Shown here piece after piece: positions 1 through 15,349 of a DNA stretch of 64,000 bases (positions are counted from its first letter, which is position 1; every line of letters begins with the position of its first letter). The notes below the pieces were generated by a model. That model was not told where the DNA came from and searched no databases. It was given only the letters and a program-made list of their open reading frames with translations. Source of the DNA: the human T2T-CHM13v2.0 reference genome, Homo sapiens; assembly GCF_009914755.1 (NCBI RefSeq), contig NC_060938.1; one strand, written 5' to 3'. The position numbers were made by a program, and so were the translations under genes.

Positions 1-249
1 CTTAGGATGACAGAATTACAATAAAGGGAATACAGTACAATATTACTAGCAATGACTGACTTAAAATCTTCTAGGAACCAAGCTGACATTAGTTTCTGTT
101 GTTGGACCAATTCACTGCCTACCTCTATGTGACTGCTAAGTTTGTTTTTCTAAGAAAAGTATAATTCTCATGGCCTTGAAGAATGGACTACAATTGAGAG
201 AGGCAAGTGCTAGGGAAATGACTAAGGTGGTAAGAGGTGTGCAGTGATA

Positions 250-1474
<1,225 letters not shown>

Positions 1475-3829
1475 AGAGAGAAAAAGAGACTAAAGAGAAA
1501 GATTAAAGACAAGAAAGAGAGATAGAGATTTGGTGATATCTTGTATTTGGGAGGTGGTAAGAGAGTGTTTCTAGTTTGGAGCCTGGTGGATGGGGTTACC
1601 ATTCTCCAAGATGAAGAATAATAGCAAACCAAACAGTTTTGGGGAAAGAAAACAAGGGCTATTTTGTTGAGTGTTGAATACCTGTGGAATATCCTAGTGA
1701 AGATGTCCAAAAGGCAATTTGAATTATGGATTTGGTGTCCAGGAGACACTTGGCTAAAGATGTGATTTGAATATTATCATCATCATCATCATCGTCATAT
1801 TAATTGTGGCCATGAGAATACCTGAGATTGCCTAAGGAGAAAACTAGAATTGAGAAGGAAGGAGACCTGAGAGTGTCACCCTGAGCAAACCTACCATTGA
1901 ATATCTGGGTAGAAGAGAAGGAAGGAAAGGAGGAGTGGAAAGGGGAGAATCAGAAGAGAGCAGTGTCCTAGAACCCAAGGGAGAAGAAAGCTCCAGTAAG
2001 TCAGGGGTGGTCATCAGTTTCAGATGTTTGGGCTTAGCAATAAGGTAGTCTTTGGTGATCATATTGAGAACAGTCAGTTATTAGAGAGGGAGCAGAAGCA
2101 AATTCTTAGGGCTGGGAATAAATAGGTATTAAGAAGTTCAGACGTTAAGTGTAGATTGCTTTTTCAAGGAACCCTATTAAAGAGGTAGGAAGCTAAGTTT
2201 GCTTTGGTTTGGCTAGGGGCTGAAGGAAATATTTCTTACTAAGGAAAATTGTCCTGGGGAAATGTTCCATAAGGCATGCAATAGTCCTTTGAAAACACTT
2301 GCTCTTCTGTCATGATAAAGACAACACAGAAAGAGGAGCTCTCAGAACTGGAAAAGCCCAGCTAGCTTGCACCCATTCATGACAGGAAAGTTGGTGTATC
2401 TCATTGTGGATACTGAGTTTTTAAAATTCTCGTTACTGCTGCCAAAACACTCAATATTAAAAGATGAGGAAGTTGATTATGCTCAGCACAACCTACTCTT
2501 TACCTTTTAAAATCTTCAATGCCCATAGAAAATACCAAATACCAATAGTAAGTTTAAAAGGTTCTTTAAGGACTCTAGTTGCCTGCCAAGGACCCAAATT
2601 ATTTTTCTTAAGCTGAATTGATTGTGTTCAAAGAGGAAAACCTGATACAGAAGCAATCTTTCCACCCCATTCCCCCCACCAATGCCAGCCTTTGAGGTGA
2701 GCTGGGTTTTGCACTATGTTATAATGCTGTCACATACCAATATATATTTCTTCTCCAACTCTTAAATGATAGTAGGTCCAAGCCTGGTATGTGTACAGAT
2801 GTAGTTAGATTCAAGGCTGGATTTTTTTAGTTTGGGCACCCTCTCTGTAGAGGTTGTTTAGCAGTAACAAGATTTATTCATCCAAATGAAAATTAATTTA
2901 GCTTTGTGAAGGATGTTTTCTCTCTAGGTCATTTTCCCCCCTCATATTTCCCAGAATATTGGTTCTCAGCCTGTCAACTGAGATTCTTGGAATTTGCCTC
3001 TGGTTTGGGGAAATGGTTAAGTAAACCTGTAGCTGCTTAATGCAAGATACTTAAATAGTGGGTTTCATTGATTGTTAATCTGATTTGAATTTGTCTTCAT
3101 TTGTAGCTGATTCTGTAAACCTGATCAATATGTGCATCAATTACTATTTTCACCCTGTTCTTCTTACTTTTAATAATATTACCACTTTATGAAACAGTTG
3201 AATCCTGTGCTTCAGCTTTTAAACAATGAAGAGAATATTCTTTTTCGTCAATCAAATGTTGTATTCTCTCTTGCTTATAAAATGTTTATGTAGACTTGTA
3301 GATTTTGCAAGTAGATTTTTCCTTTTAAATGCCTTATTTAGTGCTATATCACAGATGATTTTTTCTCAGGTTAAAGGGGCAATATTCTAAAAGATTACTG
3401 AAGATTAGATCAGCTATTGAGAAGAATGTATTAGCTGTTAAAAGCTATGAATTCATTGCGAAAAGAAGAGATGAAAGAGCTTCCTTTTCTTTACGTTTTA
3501 ATGTATAGGCAATGTATAAATTTTGTATAGTTACTTGAAGGTGATCCCATCTCAAACTCTTGTATAGTTTGTGATGATTTTTGCAAATTAAATGGAATCC
3601 CATATAATTACTATGGAAGCCAACTCATTCATGGAAAATTTTCCCTAGAGGATTTAGAATATGAATGTCTGAGTTCATACTGCCATATATCTGTAAATAG
3701 CATCCAGATATTGACAGTGATTAATAAAGAGGCTAAAGGAAACCAAATGATGCCAAAGAAATCTCAGAGAGAGAAATGATTTCCCCAAGTTCCACAGTGT
3801 AGAATCATGGGGACAACTAAGGTCTCTAG

Positions 3830-4118
<289 letters not shown>

Positions 4119-4436
4119 TCATTCTAGGATTCTTAATACATCATGTAACTTCAGACTCCCTGTGTTCTAGAAGAGAGTTTTGGCGGCCATCTTTTTAGAG
4201 TCTATTTTTTTGTTTTCTGAGAGTATTGAGAAATTTAAAAATCCTTCTTGAAGCAAGGAAATTTGTATCAGAATTAATTTCTGGAAAATACCTCGTTGTG
4301 TTCTGTGGGTGTGAGCTCTGGTCTGTGACCTCTGATCAAACAGTAAGGAAGGTAGTGTGGTAGTGTTTACTTCTAGAGAAAAAATATAAGCAGTTTTTTT
4401 GAGGGTCACAGGATGGGATGTTTAGGAGTGATGTTT

Positions 4437-4467
4437 TATATATATATAGATATAGCTATAAATATAC

Positions 4468-4530
<63 letters not shown>
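4437..4530. repeat. (TA)n/(CA)n microsatellite
   Basis: Short TA run followed by a long perfect CA run (~4478-4530). Confidence 0.97.
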
Positions 4531-4532
<2 letters not shown>

Positions 4533-5413
4533 ACTGTACATTACCGTGATTTTTGTAGAGGAAGTCTCAGTAATAATAAGAAGGGTTTCAAAGTTAACCT
4601 CTCATCCCTGAACTTGTTAAATGAAACCAGGCATTCTGGGAAGAACACTTGCTTCTGGGTCTTGCTTTCTCTTTGCAACAGTTGGGAAGGTAGAGAAAGA
4701 GAATCAATACAGAATCCATAAACTTGATCTCTGGCTCCTACCCTTCTTAAATAATATTAGTAGTGCAAAGATACCTTGTCACACCTGTGCTCTGCTACCA
4801 CTGATTTCTCTTTCCTTGTCTGTCTTTTGGTTCATGTTGGGCTAGAGTGTTTTATTTTCTGTCTTCAAAGGGAAATTGAAACTGTAGGAGAGGGGAAAGA
4901 ATAAATACATTTATATGTCTTCTTGACCTAAGTTGCAAAAGCAATATCTTGGTTTAAGAAAATGTGATGGAAGGATTCTAGAGAAATGCCTTCAGGAGAT
5001 GTTTCTGTTTTCAAAGTTGGCAGGGAGGGATTGGGGAAGGGAAATTCAGAGAAGGCCTACAGCAGTGTTGGTGTTGGTTGTGCTTGTTTCATTCCTTTCC
5101 CCGCCTCTTTTTTTTTTTTTTTTTTACGCCCATAAGCACAGCAGAATCGTGCTTGTTAACTATTCTAGAGTCAGGTCGCTTTCTATGTAGGATTTAGGAA
5201 CATCAATAGACACTGCATGATAAAAACAGTGGAATTTTATAGCATTGTTTTCTTATTCCTAGAACTTGATTAATTTCTCTTGAACTTGAAAGATTCTTGA
5301 AAGATTCTCTGCTTCTACTTCCACTTGCTACTTACACTCAGTGAGTTTCTAGGCCTGGGAGTTAATGAGATTGAGTCTTCTAGATCTTTGTGTAGTTGTG
5401 ACATGGAAAATGA

Positions 5414-5527
<114 letters not shown>

Positions 5528-7051
5528 TAAGTCAGTTCCATCAACTAAAAAAGGACAAATCTTCAAGTAGTACTTAAAGCACTTTTTTTTTTTTGATCAT
5601 TTCTCTTGGCACTAGAAGACTGTTTTTTTCCTAGTTATTAGGTGGAGATAACCAGACTTTCTTAAATCAGCTGGTTTATGGCATAATATCAAAGTGCATA
5701 TGACAACCATGGATCTCTGTCTTCCTAGTCAATTTACAATTATATCATTCCTGTTTATTAGGTTTCTAAGGGATGATTCTTGCATTCAGTTTTATCCCTG
5801 TAGTTTTTTTAATAGTAGGTCTTCTATTAAGGGTAAAGAAATACATAAGGTATTTCCTTCATTACCGAAAGTTTTACAGGTTCAAATCCACATACACTAT
5901 AAAGGTATAAACCTGGATCTAGGGCCATGTGGATAATATGTGGTCCTTTTACCCTGTCTCATGTTTAAAGTCATCCAAGTTTAAAGTCAAAAACTTCAAA
6001 CAACTTAAAAATCTTTTTTTTACTAACCTATTGTTTAGAAGAAAAGAAACATATTTTTCAATACCAGGGAAAATTCTTATTATATTTGCAGCTACAGCCA
6101 GAATTTCTGTTCGCTGTACACTTCTCTAAACTGAGAACTCTAGAGATTTATGCCAAAGACCACCCAGCTGCTGAATTTTTAAGGATGAGAGATATTGGCA
6201 AAATGCCAAGGAATCAAATAAAGACAGATTGACTACTTTTGGAGTGGGAGTTTGGCTTAACCTCCATAGTAAGGTGTAGAGCTAGATATTACAGATGCTT
6301 CAGATGTTATGCAACTTTCGTCAAGTCAGCCTTTTGCAGGTTGCCCAGTAAAGTATATTATACTATACTTTAAAAGTGAGAAATCCCCAGAACGAGGCAC
6401 TGAGTATAGCGGCCAGAGCAGTTTGGTTCATGGAGGAACACCTCAGCACTGAAGCCACCGTGGCCGTCACTGCCGCAGGGAGGCCTCTTGCTTTTGGTCG
6501 ATGTTGTTTTTGTTTTCATGTGGGTTCCCGCCCATCTGGTGAGATTTTGGTATAACTTGTATTTTTTTTTTTCTTTTTTTGCCGTATTTGCAAGCCTGCA
6601 AGCCTAAGAAATTTGTTTTAGAGCAGACAATAAAGACTTTAAAAAGTACCAGTGTGGCCAGAGTTGCTTCTCTTGCGTGTGAATGTGACTTGACTGTTGC
6701 AGCAGCAAAAAGTAATTTGAATGGTGGTGGACATACTCATAAAAGAGCATACTGAAAATCTGAACCTCTAAAATCCACAGTTTTAATGAAGTGGTATTCT
6801 TGACTTGTGCAAATTTTGAATTGCACAAGACCTTCTGGTATAAAGAAAATTGCATGTTAGAGAATCAATGGATGGTGCTGCGTTTGCATTACAGAGGACG
6901 AATTTAACACCAGGATTTCATTTCTCATATTTTTGCCCAGGATTTTTCCCCCACCGCCCCCGTGGATTTTATGGGCTTTATGTGTTGCTCTTCATTGACA
7001 TTTGGAAACTTTGCTATATTGGGACCCATCAGAGGGCGGCTATTCTGTTAA

Positions 7052-7162
<111 letters not shown>

Positions 7163-8255
7163 TAGTAGTATTTTCTGAACTGGACTCACATAAAAATTAA
7201 CCGGAGCGTCCATTTTATCAGACTCCATAGGTTTTGCCAACTGGCAGGTCCTAAGCCATGCTGAATGGTTTGTACTAAAAAATTATATTTTCAGGGAAAT
7301 GTTTATATGTTTCTACGACACTTGGCTCCATCCTGTCCTGAGGCTGAACCACAACTAAGGCTGAGACCTGAGGCACAGGAATTAGGAGCTGAGGAAGAGA
7401 ATTAGCAAAGATCTGGAGAAAGTGTATTTTTCTCCAAGCTGGGAAAGTAAAACCCACTGAAGAAGCCTTGTTGCAAAGGAGACTGGCTATATTTCTGCTA
7501 GACAGTCTCTACTGGTCTCAACGTGATCCCTTCTGTAGTAGTTATAACCAAAGCAGCCCAAAGAAGAAATCTCATTTTAAGTAGATAAGCCAAAACTTTG
7601 AAGTGGAGATGCGCAGTCAGGTGGGTATTTTGTGGGCTTGTTGGTTTTTTTTTAGGTACTATAAAAAGACATAATAAAATATATTTGAAATGAACTAGTA
7701 CCTGATGTACCAGCGAATGCTATAAAACTTAGCTACTCTATTCTCCCTGGATGGGAATCTGCTTCTTTTTAGGAAGTAAGTGAAATTAGCTGAAGTCCAA
7801 TTTCCAAAGCCATAGATAATCTACAAAGCCAATTTTGAAAGTTGCCAATAGACCACCTTCTGCAGTTCCAGAAGTAGATCATGTAACAGGATGAGACTGT
7901 TCACTTGCTTTTGTAAAAATAACTTTATTTTCCAGTCATCATCCAGGTAGCCACTTTAAAGTAACTTGTTTTTATTAACAACTGTGTGTTTTAAAATGGT
8001 AATTTGCGGTTACTCTTAAGTTCTTCAAAAATCTACATCTCTTTCTCACTCAGAATCACATTTCAGCTACCCAACCAGCAAGGTTAATTCATCTGGAGAT
8101 TTCCCTTTTCTTCTCTCTAGTTATGGTGGTTCAGAGTTCAGAGGGTGTGTGTGGGAGAGTTGTGCATTATGCTCCTGAGGATAGATCTCTGTGATATTTA
8201 TGACAGTGAAACTGAGTTTGTGTATCTAAAGAAAAGGTGCAGCCAGACCTGCTAA

Positions 8256-8450
<195 letters not shown>

Positions 8451-9512
8451 TGATGTAACTGTGGGAGCAGAAGCACTGTGGGTATGAGGTCACTTAGAGC
8501 AGGAGAATTTGGGGATCACTCTAGACAGGAGGCAGTTATATTCAGCTGTGGCTAATAGCTTATGCTTTCAACATTTTCCAAGAAACTTACTCCCTGTTTT
8601 TTGTTTTGTCTTTTCTCTTGGCTTTTTTTCATTATCTTCCTTCTTTCTGTTTTTAAAAATCACGTTTTTTCCGCCTCAGATTGATATGCTCAGAAACAAG
8701 GCACAGAAAAGGAGCCTATTAATTCTTAGTCATTACTGCATTCTTTCTGATCTTCAGACTAGCTTTGTAAAGAAGATGCTTTGTTGAAATAGTATCTTCT
8801 CTACAAGTAATTCTCCTCAAAGGACCCTCCATGATCATGAGTTATTGATTGAGGCTAAATGAGATAAAAGCCCAAAGAAACTTATACTTGTCTAAAATAT
8901 CATTTGATCAAGCATTGCTTCGGTCTTTGTGTACTCTGCATTTTTGTTCCAGTTAAACCAATCAGCTGATCCTTCTATTTACTCATTCCATCATCTTGTC
9001 AGTCCCTGTCTGTTTTGACCCTGCTAATTTTCCACTTTTGTTTCTTGGCCTTTAACATTTCTTCTTATTTAAAAAAAAATCCACTTTGCTCTTCTCTTCC
9101 CATCTGGTTTGATTGCTTTGCCTGCTCAGACATTTTGGAAGTCTTTTCTTATTAAATCCATCGTCACCTTTACTTTTCATTTTAACATTTATTTACTTGT
9201 TCTATATTACATTGTTTTGCATTCATTGATTTGTTGCTTTTAAATTGTTCTGTACTCTCCTGCCAGATTGTAGGCTCTTTGAAGGCATAAGCAGCTTTTT
9301 CTTCCTACTCCCCATTTTCTCTTTCCTTTTCTTCTCTCCTTTTATCCCTGCCCCAACTCCACTTTAACCCTTTACTCCTCACTTTTTTCCTCCCTTCTTC
9401 CACTCCCATTCCTGCTCTTGTTCCTTTTGCTTGCTAGTCTCATTTGGAGTAGTGCTATTTTCTGTTTGCGAAATCCATATACTATTATTTATTCAGATAA
9501 TTTTTTATTAGA

Positions 9513-9846
9513 ACAGGGTTTTCAAACTCAAATGCTTAGAGGGCCTGCAGGCAGGTAATATAAATGAGTAAATAGAGGCAGGCATAAAACAGCCAAGAGT
9601 GATATGACTGAGGTAAACTGGAGAGTGCATACCTCATCTGAAAGGGATGGCTGTTTTACTAATGTGCTCTAGCTAATTACTATCAGGCATAAGTGTGGGC
9701 CAGGTGTTATGAGATCTTGCTATTGTCAAGAGAAATCAGAAATCTTACTTTTAAGTATTGGCAGCCACTTCATTAGAAACAATACTTTGCAGGCCAAGCA
9801 TAACATGTCTTTGAGCTAGATTCAGTCTATGCCTATCTATGACCCC
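9513..9846. mobile_element. hAT-Charlie relic (MER102-like)
   Basis: Starts CAGGGTTTTCAAACTCAAATGC...GGCAGGTAATATAAATGAG, resembling the MER102 terminus as I recall it. Confidence 0.55.
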
Positions 9847-10672
9847 GTGCTGCAGAATTATTCCCTAATTAATGTTGGGATGTGGAACAGGGTGTACTGT
9901 ATTTTAAAGGCTATTATCTTGGATTAAATATAAAATCAGTTACCAGGGTTGTACTTGATCAGTGCATCATCAGAGATCAAAGGGTTTTCTTTAATTTTTA
10001 GTAAGAAAAAGTAGAGGATTAACCTAGGTGTACTAGAAAAACTTAATTTAGGCAGTCACATTCCTTTGCAAATTGTTTCCTGCAGTATCTGTGGCAAGAA
10101 CCACAGAATTATGTATAAAGGATCATGAACATTTCTGTGCAGCTTTAACACAGTTTCTGCCAAGTTTCACTTCTAGAGGTAGCTGTATTGCCAGTCTTAA
10201 ATGAATTGGTCCCTTTTCTTAGTTTGCCTGTCAGCTTTATTGGCAACTCTTTGCAAACTCTAGAAAATCTGTTCAATGCTTGTTTTGCCAACTGGTAGGT
10301 AATGGCATGATTACATCCATAAGCAGCCTACAGGACACTTACATAAAGGCTAAAGGAACTGTAGATTGGTCATGTGTACTGTGTGAAACCAGTTTGTCAG
10401 GTGGACTAGTTGACTTCAGGATCTTCAGTATCTGGCAGTAGGATTGTGCCCTCAGTGGTGAGAAGTTGAAGCTGGAATATATATGGCATAGGAGAAAGCA
10501 GTGTGAAAGAAAATAAATGTTCTAACCTTCCAACCACAAAGTGTAGGGCTCTTGCTTTTGGTTTCTGCTTGGAGATTATTTTTTCCTTTTTTATATCATA
10601 GATCTAGGAGATGGAAAATGTAGGCATATTAGGAGAAGATAAGGGTTTATTCCATTTTTCTGTCTTTTATAG

Positions 10673-10714
10673 CGTCCAGTATCTGCACAGTTTCAGTCGT
10701 CAAAGGCCAAGCAG
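10673..10714 (+). CDS. TTLL5: Putative alternative cassette microexon of TTLL5 (42 nt): RPVSAQFQSSKAKQ
   Basis: tttttctgtcttttatag|CGTCCA...AAGCAG|gtaagt: strong acceptor, consensus donor, phase 0-0 matching exons 15/16, no stop. Confidence 0.75.
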
Positions 10715-11909
10715 GTAAGTTCTAGATCTTTTGGAGACTTCTTCAAATTTTATTTTCATTCTCCAAATGGAAAGTTTTTTAGCTTTAGTTTTTCATGGTA
10801 CATATTTTTATGTACCTATTTTTTTGCGCAGTTTAATAACAAAGTGAATGAAAATGAATGCATAGAAGTCTTTTTGGTTATAGGATATAAGAGTAGAGGA
10901 TGCAGGAACTTAGGGATCCTCTTTTCCTGATAGTGATTATACTGAGATGGAGACAGTTGAATTTAAATGAGGAACAGGGGCTTGAAGGCATATCTATCAC
11001 TTTGACCAAAATAATCCAGGAAGGAAATTTTCCAGTTCACAAATGAACTTCAATTTTTTTTTTCAGACATCTTATGAAACATACTGTTGTCTATAGCTTA
11101 ATATTGGAAATGTTTTCACATTGGGTGTAGGGTTGTATTTGAGTTCCTTAACAGGTGACATTTCAAATATGTAGTGATCTGCAGTTTATAAATCTTAGAA
11201 GCTCTGCCACAATAGTGTCTCAGATGCTACCTTTGAAATACAAACATCTTTCTTTCTGAATGATCAGCATTTGCTTTCTTACTGTTTTTGTTAGCAGTAT
11301 TTGAGATTAACCATTGCTTTCTTCTGCACAGATTTAAAAAATTCTTTTTGAAGTAATAGGCTAGCAGTGGGGGTCCTGTGCCTGCTATTTGATGCTTTAG
11401 TATGAGGGATATAGATATTCTCATATATAAACGTGTCACTGCAACTGTTGTTTAGCAAAAAGCTCCAGTATATTTATTTTGGCGTTTGTACTCTCTGATG
11501 CAATTTCTGGTAAGCTTGAATGCTTGACATGTAACTTTTCTTAGCTACTGTTTCTGATAAAGTGATTTATATGGTTTATGTGAATCCAAGAAATGAAAAA
11601 TAACTTACTGGATGCCTTGTCTAATATTTAGTAACTGATTAATGTGGCTCTGTAGTATGAGTTTTGGTGCTTAGTTGGTGGAATTCGAAACTCTATAATA
11701 TGTAGTATTTTATATTTAGTAAATACCTAAGTATGCTAGTTGCTCCCATGGCAGAAAACAAAACAAAATAATGCTGTTGACTTCAAAGAGCTTATATTCT
11801 AAATATACCTGGAACTAATGTACTGAAAGGAGTACGTTAGGAAAGGGGTACTCTTTCATAGCCTGTGGCATTTGACTGTAAAGAAGTGTCTTTGATAGGT
11901 AATTCTAAT

Positions 11910-12214
11910 TTATTTTTACTTACTTATTTGAGACAGCGTGTCACTCCATCACCCAGGCTGGAGTGCAGTGACGCGATCACAGCTCACTACAGCCTGGACT
12001 TCCTGGGCTCAGGTGATCCTCCCACCTTGGCCTCCTGATTAGCTGGGACTACAGGTGCACACCACCATGCCTGGCTAATTTTTTGTATTTTTGGTAGAGA
12101 TGAGGGTTTTGACCTGTTACCCAGGTTGGTCTGGAACTCCTGAGCTCAAGCGATCTGCCTGCCTCGGCCCTCCCAAAGTGCTGGGATTGCAGGCATGAGC
12201 CACCATGCCCGGCC
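11910..12214 (-). mobile_element. Alu (J-type)
   Basis: Reverse Alu; TSD TTTGATA(G/T)GTAATTCTAAT. Confidence 0.93.
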
Positions 12215-12696
12215 TTTGATATGTAATTCTAATCTTAATTTCTCATTATCAATTTTAATTCCATTACATCTAGTTGCATTGCTTGAATTACCGTAGGTTG
12301 TAATAGGCTTGTTGGAGAGCAAGACCTCTCTTTAGTAGTAATGTATCTGAATACTTGCTTACGTGACATAAAGCCTTTCTGGCTTTATTCAGCCAGCTTT
12401 ATACATGTTGAATTCTTTGACTTTTATTGTACTTTGCAATGTTCTATTTTGTCATTGTCTTTCTGTTAACGAAGCACTCTTAACTTCACAGTATTTTCAT
12501 TGGAGCTAAGTAAAAAAAAAAATTTCTTTGTTCTGACCAGTTAGACTGTGTCAAGCTTTCTTTTTCTGTTGCTGTCAGATTGTGAATTCTCTTAGTCCTT
12601 TGCCCTTTTTCTGCCTTTTCCTTTTTAAACCATTATCTCTATATTTCTCCTTTCTCTTTAATGTCTATGGTTCAAATTTTCCACTCACCAGAAATT

Positions 12697-12940
12697 GTAT
12701 GGCATGGTACTGTGGAAAGAATATGGACTTTTACAGTCCGATAGACCTGGATTCAAATTTGAGCTCTGCCAAAAACTAGCAATTAGACCTTTGGGCAAGT
12801 TCTCTTACCTCTCTGAGGCTCAATTCCCACATCTGTCATATGGGGATAATAATATATACATGAAGTTACAGTGAGGAAGAAATGATAAAATGGAGGTAAA
12901 ATATTCAGGATAAGTGCTAGACATGTAGTTTACACTAAGA
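12697..12940 (+). mobile_element. MIR
   Basis: MIR core GACCTGGATTCAAAT...GGGCAAGTT..TTACCTCTCTGAGGCTCAATT...ATCTGT.ATATGGGGATAATAAT. Confidence 0.75.
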
Positions 12941-15349
12941 AGATTTACTCCCCTTCACACTTTTGAGTCTTTTGATTTTCCCATTGTCAAGATCTCTTGT
13001 TATTTTGATATTCACCTGTTTGTAGTCATGTTTTTCACATTTGCCATCATCCACAAATGCTATTTTGTTTTTCCTTCCAGATGTTAATGAAGATTCTAAA
13101 TAATGCTTAGTTAATACCCATTCCAGAAATCACTTTCTAACTTGATTCACTGCTATTTATCTTGCAGTTACACTGTTTTCAGTGTTTGTTGATGTGTTAT
13201 ATTCTGGCACTAACCCCTAACTGGAAATATAATTTAGAATAAAAATTTTGTGAAATTTTCTCAAATGCTTCTCTAAAATCCAAAGACATTTAATATATTG
13301 CTATAGTTCCCCTTTTAAAAATCTTGTCCTAAAAATGAAACTTTTAAAGCATGTTTTAAAATAAAGCATTCTTCATACTATTCTTCATAAGCCCATTATC
13401 CTCTAAGTTATTAGGGATTTTTTCCTTTTAATATTTGTTCCATTATTTTACTAGGGATTCGAGTTAGGTTTACCAGGCAGTAACCACCAGGAGCATACTT
13501 CTTACATTTTTGAAGATTAGTACCTCATTTGGTTTTTTTCTAAACTGGTACCTCCTCAGTTCTTCATGATTTTTCAAACATAATTATAAGTGGTTTGGGT
13601 AAGTTTTGTTTGTTTTTAAAGCCAATTTCCTTAATAACAGGATGCATGTCTCTCAGACCTGCTGGCTTACATTTATTCCAAATTTCTAGATGCTGTTACA
13701 CAAGCCTACTTGCTTTCTCCCCTCCACCTGCCAATTTCAAAGTATACCCTGATTATCAGTATGTTTAAACCTTCTCTTAGAAGCCATTTTTTTGGTCCAT
13801 TTCCATTCAGATTTATTGATAATGTGGTCTTTTCCATTTGTTTTCTTTCATTTGATAGCATTCATTTTACTTTTAAACTTGATTTTACCTGTTGTTTTTT
13901 AGATGGTAAAATGTATCACATATAAATTGAGCTATTTCTAGTTCCTTTGCTTTTAATGAAGAATTCCAAACTTTGTAAAACTGCATTGGGAGATTTTTAT
14001 TCTTTGCATGTGTTCTCTGTCAAGCAAATTTTGTTTTTGCCCCTCAATTATGACATAGTCTTAGGATATCTTGCCATTTTTCCCCATTCCACATTTTGTT
14101 AAGTTCTTCTCATCATTGGTACTTGCCAGCTTTTTAAAGGCTGAGAGTCATTTTCTGATTCAACATCTGTTTCTTACTACTTTGATTGAGTGGAGACTGG
14201 TGGTTCCTTGTCTCAATAATTTCACACTTTCAGCCAGTTGTTCCTTAGCAATGATGGTTAGATATGTAAGGTTTCTTCTCTGGGAAGATTTCTGAATCGT
14301 AAGTTGTACTATTGATAAATTCATCTTTATCCTTGGTGCATGTTGCATGGCAGAATTCTTGACAGTAATTTGACAGTTTATAATTTATCTGAGCACTGGA
14401 TATCTAAATCATGTATCTTTTAGCCAGAGGCAATGGTTCTCCTCTCTAAGTTCAGAGGACCTTACTTCCTTAGTGCATTCAGTCAACTCATGGGAATATG
14501 TGGATTTATTATATCTACCACCCAGAGAATGTAGTTGATGTGCCCAAAGGCAAAGCTGCAGAATGACTTGCGTTTGGACTGTTTTGCCCTTGTTTTTGAT
14601 AGTCTTGGTGGCCTTTCAAATCAGTCTGATTCCTTTTTTTTTTTTTTTAACTTTGCTTTGTTTTTAATCTCCAAGTGTGTCTCCTTGACACTCATAAGCA
14701 TTTATTTTCTTTTTTTCTGTCCATCTTATCCTTTCTTCTTCCCTTCTCTCTTTCTCTACCTTTTCTTTCACCTGTGTCTATAACTCAGGTCACAGAATTA
14801 GAGACCTTTCTCAGAGCTCTTAAATACCCCAACTAGAAGCACAGACCTGAATTCCTACATGCCTCTACCCGACCCCAAACATTCACAAATAATGTACACA
14901 GTAGCTAGACCTAGAATTGTAGGCTGTAACAAAGGAGTGGTTGTGAATGTATATGGGAGACAAGTCTTTGAAAGTGATTGGCAGAGAAGTTTTAAGAGTT
15001 TTGGGGTGCTAATTCATTGGTTACAGAAACCACATTAGGTTAGTAGGAGAAGGTTGCCACATCATTATCTCAATTTCTAGAAGCCAGGAATATTAAAAAA
15101 ACCATTAAAAACAATACCCAGGAATTGGAAGTTCTCATTAGATGTCATTCAATAGTGATTTGACCCCTGTTCTTTTAAATACAGCCATGCATTCCTTAAT
15201 CTGTTTAATAGTTAATAACTTTTTCTTTAAGTACTTTTAATTGACCTTTGATATAGCTTTTAGTTTATCAACCTTCTAAGTAACATTCTTTCTGTTCTTA
15301 AATGCTTAATAAAGATACCTATTTTTATTATATCATTTAAATGAATGTT

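Noticed and set aside
4413-4721. 102-aa ORF with HTHTHT repeats
   Set aside because: Artefact of the (CA)n microsatellite.
6340-6353. GTTGCCCAGTAAAG as an RFX X-box in a ciliary gene
   Set aside because: The second half-site mismatches the consensus; too weak without ChIP data.
9295-9430. Long pyrimidine-rich tract (possible triplex or PTB-binding array)
   Set aside because: Low-complexity sequence with no clear mirror symmetry, and far from splice sites.
10700-10712. 13-mer TCAAAGGCCAAGC (SKAK) shared by the 42-nt microexon and exon 19 (~37775)
   Set aside because: A 13-nt match somewhere within 64 kb is expected by chance, and there is no flanking similarity.
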